Source: Klebsormidium nitens (Eukaryota > Plantae > Klebsormidiophyceae). From it: a stretch of 64,000 bases of DNA. The DNA is taken from contig DF237126.1 of NCBI GenBank assembly GCA_000708835.1, forward strand, positions 50,369 through 114,368, in the 5' to 3' direction. Below, piece after piece: positions 62,988 to 64,000 of this stretch. Position 1 is the first letter of the stretch; the number at the start of each line of letters is the position of its first letter. Position numbers and translations under genes: made by a program. The notes beneath the pieces are model-generated. The model saw only the letters and a program-made list of their open reading frames with translations, was not told the DNA's origin and made no database searches.

Positions 62988-63674
62988 TCAGAGACTGCGG
63001 TAGTCAAGCACTGGGACCTCGTCACTTGGTGCATCCAAATCCACGTACCTGCACAACCACCAGCTCAATAAGCCTCACGACAATCCTGCCCTTAGAGCAG
63101 TTTTCTCAAGCATGCGTGTTTTGCATATCCCAGGCAATCGTAATGTCGAAATACCCCAAATACCTTCCTGTAAAATTTTGACGAGCACGCAAATTGAAAG
63201 AATGAGCTGAACGACTCACTCTCTCACTCCCCGCGGGTCCTGCCTCATGTTTGGCGGCGGCGGCATCATGGGCATGAACCCTCCCCGCATGAACCCACCC
63301 CTGCCCCTCCCCCTGAAGCCCCCTCTACCCCGACCGCGCCCCTCCTGCCTGCCCATCTCCTCCGGAGACATATCCTCCCGCACCGGTCCCAGTCTCGCCG
63401 CCAGATTCCTGTCAGGGGGTGGGCCTCTACCCTCCGGCGGGCCCAACTGCTCAGGGGGGCCCCGCGGTTCGATCGGGCCCCGTTCGGGGGGCAAAGGCCC
63501 CAGTCGATCCGCCAGGGGGGGACCTCGGGGAGGGGGCATTTCGGGGATGAACCCGTCGTCGAAATCCTGGTTGGCGATGACCGGGCCCGGGCCGAGCGGG
63601 ATGCCGCCTGCCTCGCGCTGAGCCAGGATGCGGCGGGCGACGTCTGGGGGCGCGGGGACGAAAGGACCGAGAGG
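62988..63674 (-). CDS. SE: SERRATE/ARS2 RNA effector, last two exons only (gene continues past the window end)
   Basis: Exons 63674-63220 and 63048-62988. GPFVPAPPDVA, a Pro/Gly/RGG-rich tail, and the diagnostic C-terminus RQDPRGVREYVDLDAPSDEVPVLDYRSL-stop. Confidence 0.93.
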
Positions 63675-64000
63675 GCTGCAGCGATAGGAATACTTCGTTC
63701 CTTGACGTTGTGAAAGAGGAGAAAACGTTGTTCGAATATTCAAAGCGCTGGTAAAATGAGAAGCGCGACTTTGGAACCGTGGCTAGACGCTTTTGCGAAA
63801 TGATCAAAGGCCGCTCCGAAAACCCGACAAAAGCGGCTTCAGCTCAAACCTGTTGACCCTATCGCAAACCGATTGGAAGCGAAGCCATCATTCTTGCAAG
63901 GCGGAAGGGCGGCCGCTTGCCAACAATTCACAAGTACAGCCGCCCGCTCATCCAAAGCACCTAGAAAAGAAAGACGGGCACCAGCGTGCGTCCCTTACCC

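Overview
Gene-dense, intron-rich eukaryotic nuclear DNA. The gene set (SERRATE, ALT-type thioesterase, plastid-targeted proteins, the ciliary gene TMEM107) and two U12-type introns point to a flagellate-producing streptophyte alga such as Klebsormidium; this is inference, not a database match. I spliced 16 protein-coding genes by hand from GT/GC-AG sites and checked frame continuity (ALT 5' end uncertain; CLU boundaries approximate; SE partial). In order: SLC25A44-like mitochondrial carrier (+), TMEM107 (-), CtpA-family protease (+), FKBP15-type PPIase (-), serine racemase (+), START-type PITP with a long C-tail (-), ALT/MKS2 thioesterase (+), CLU/FRIENDLY (-), PITH protein (+), plastid membrane protein (-), an 80-aa membrane microprotein (+) only 110 bp before a YfcE/MJ0936-type metallophosphoesterase (+), EamA transporter (+), secreted potato inhibitor I (-), P-loop-like protein (-), and the 3' end of SERRATE (-). 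Most notable: the microprotein/phosphoesterase locus (bicistronic or shared first exon), two minor-spliceosome introns, an 8-nt microexon, two duplications that copy splice sites, a hAT-type MITE with a perfect 8-bp TSD, strict strand alternation over the first 11 genes, and CATG-dense intergenic islands. No rRNA, tRNA or CRISPR array was found.
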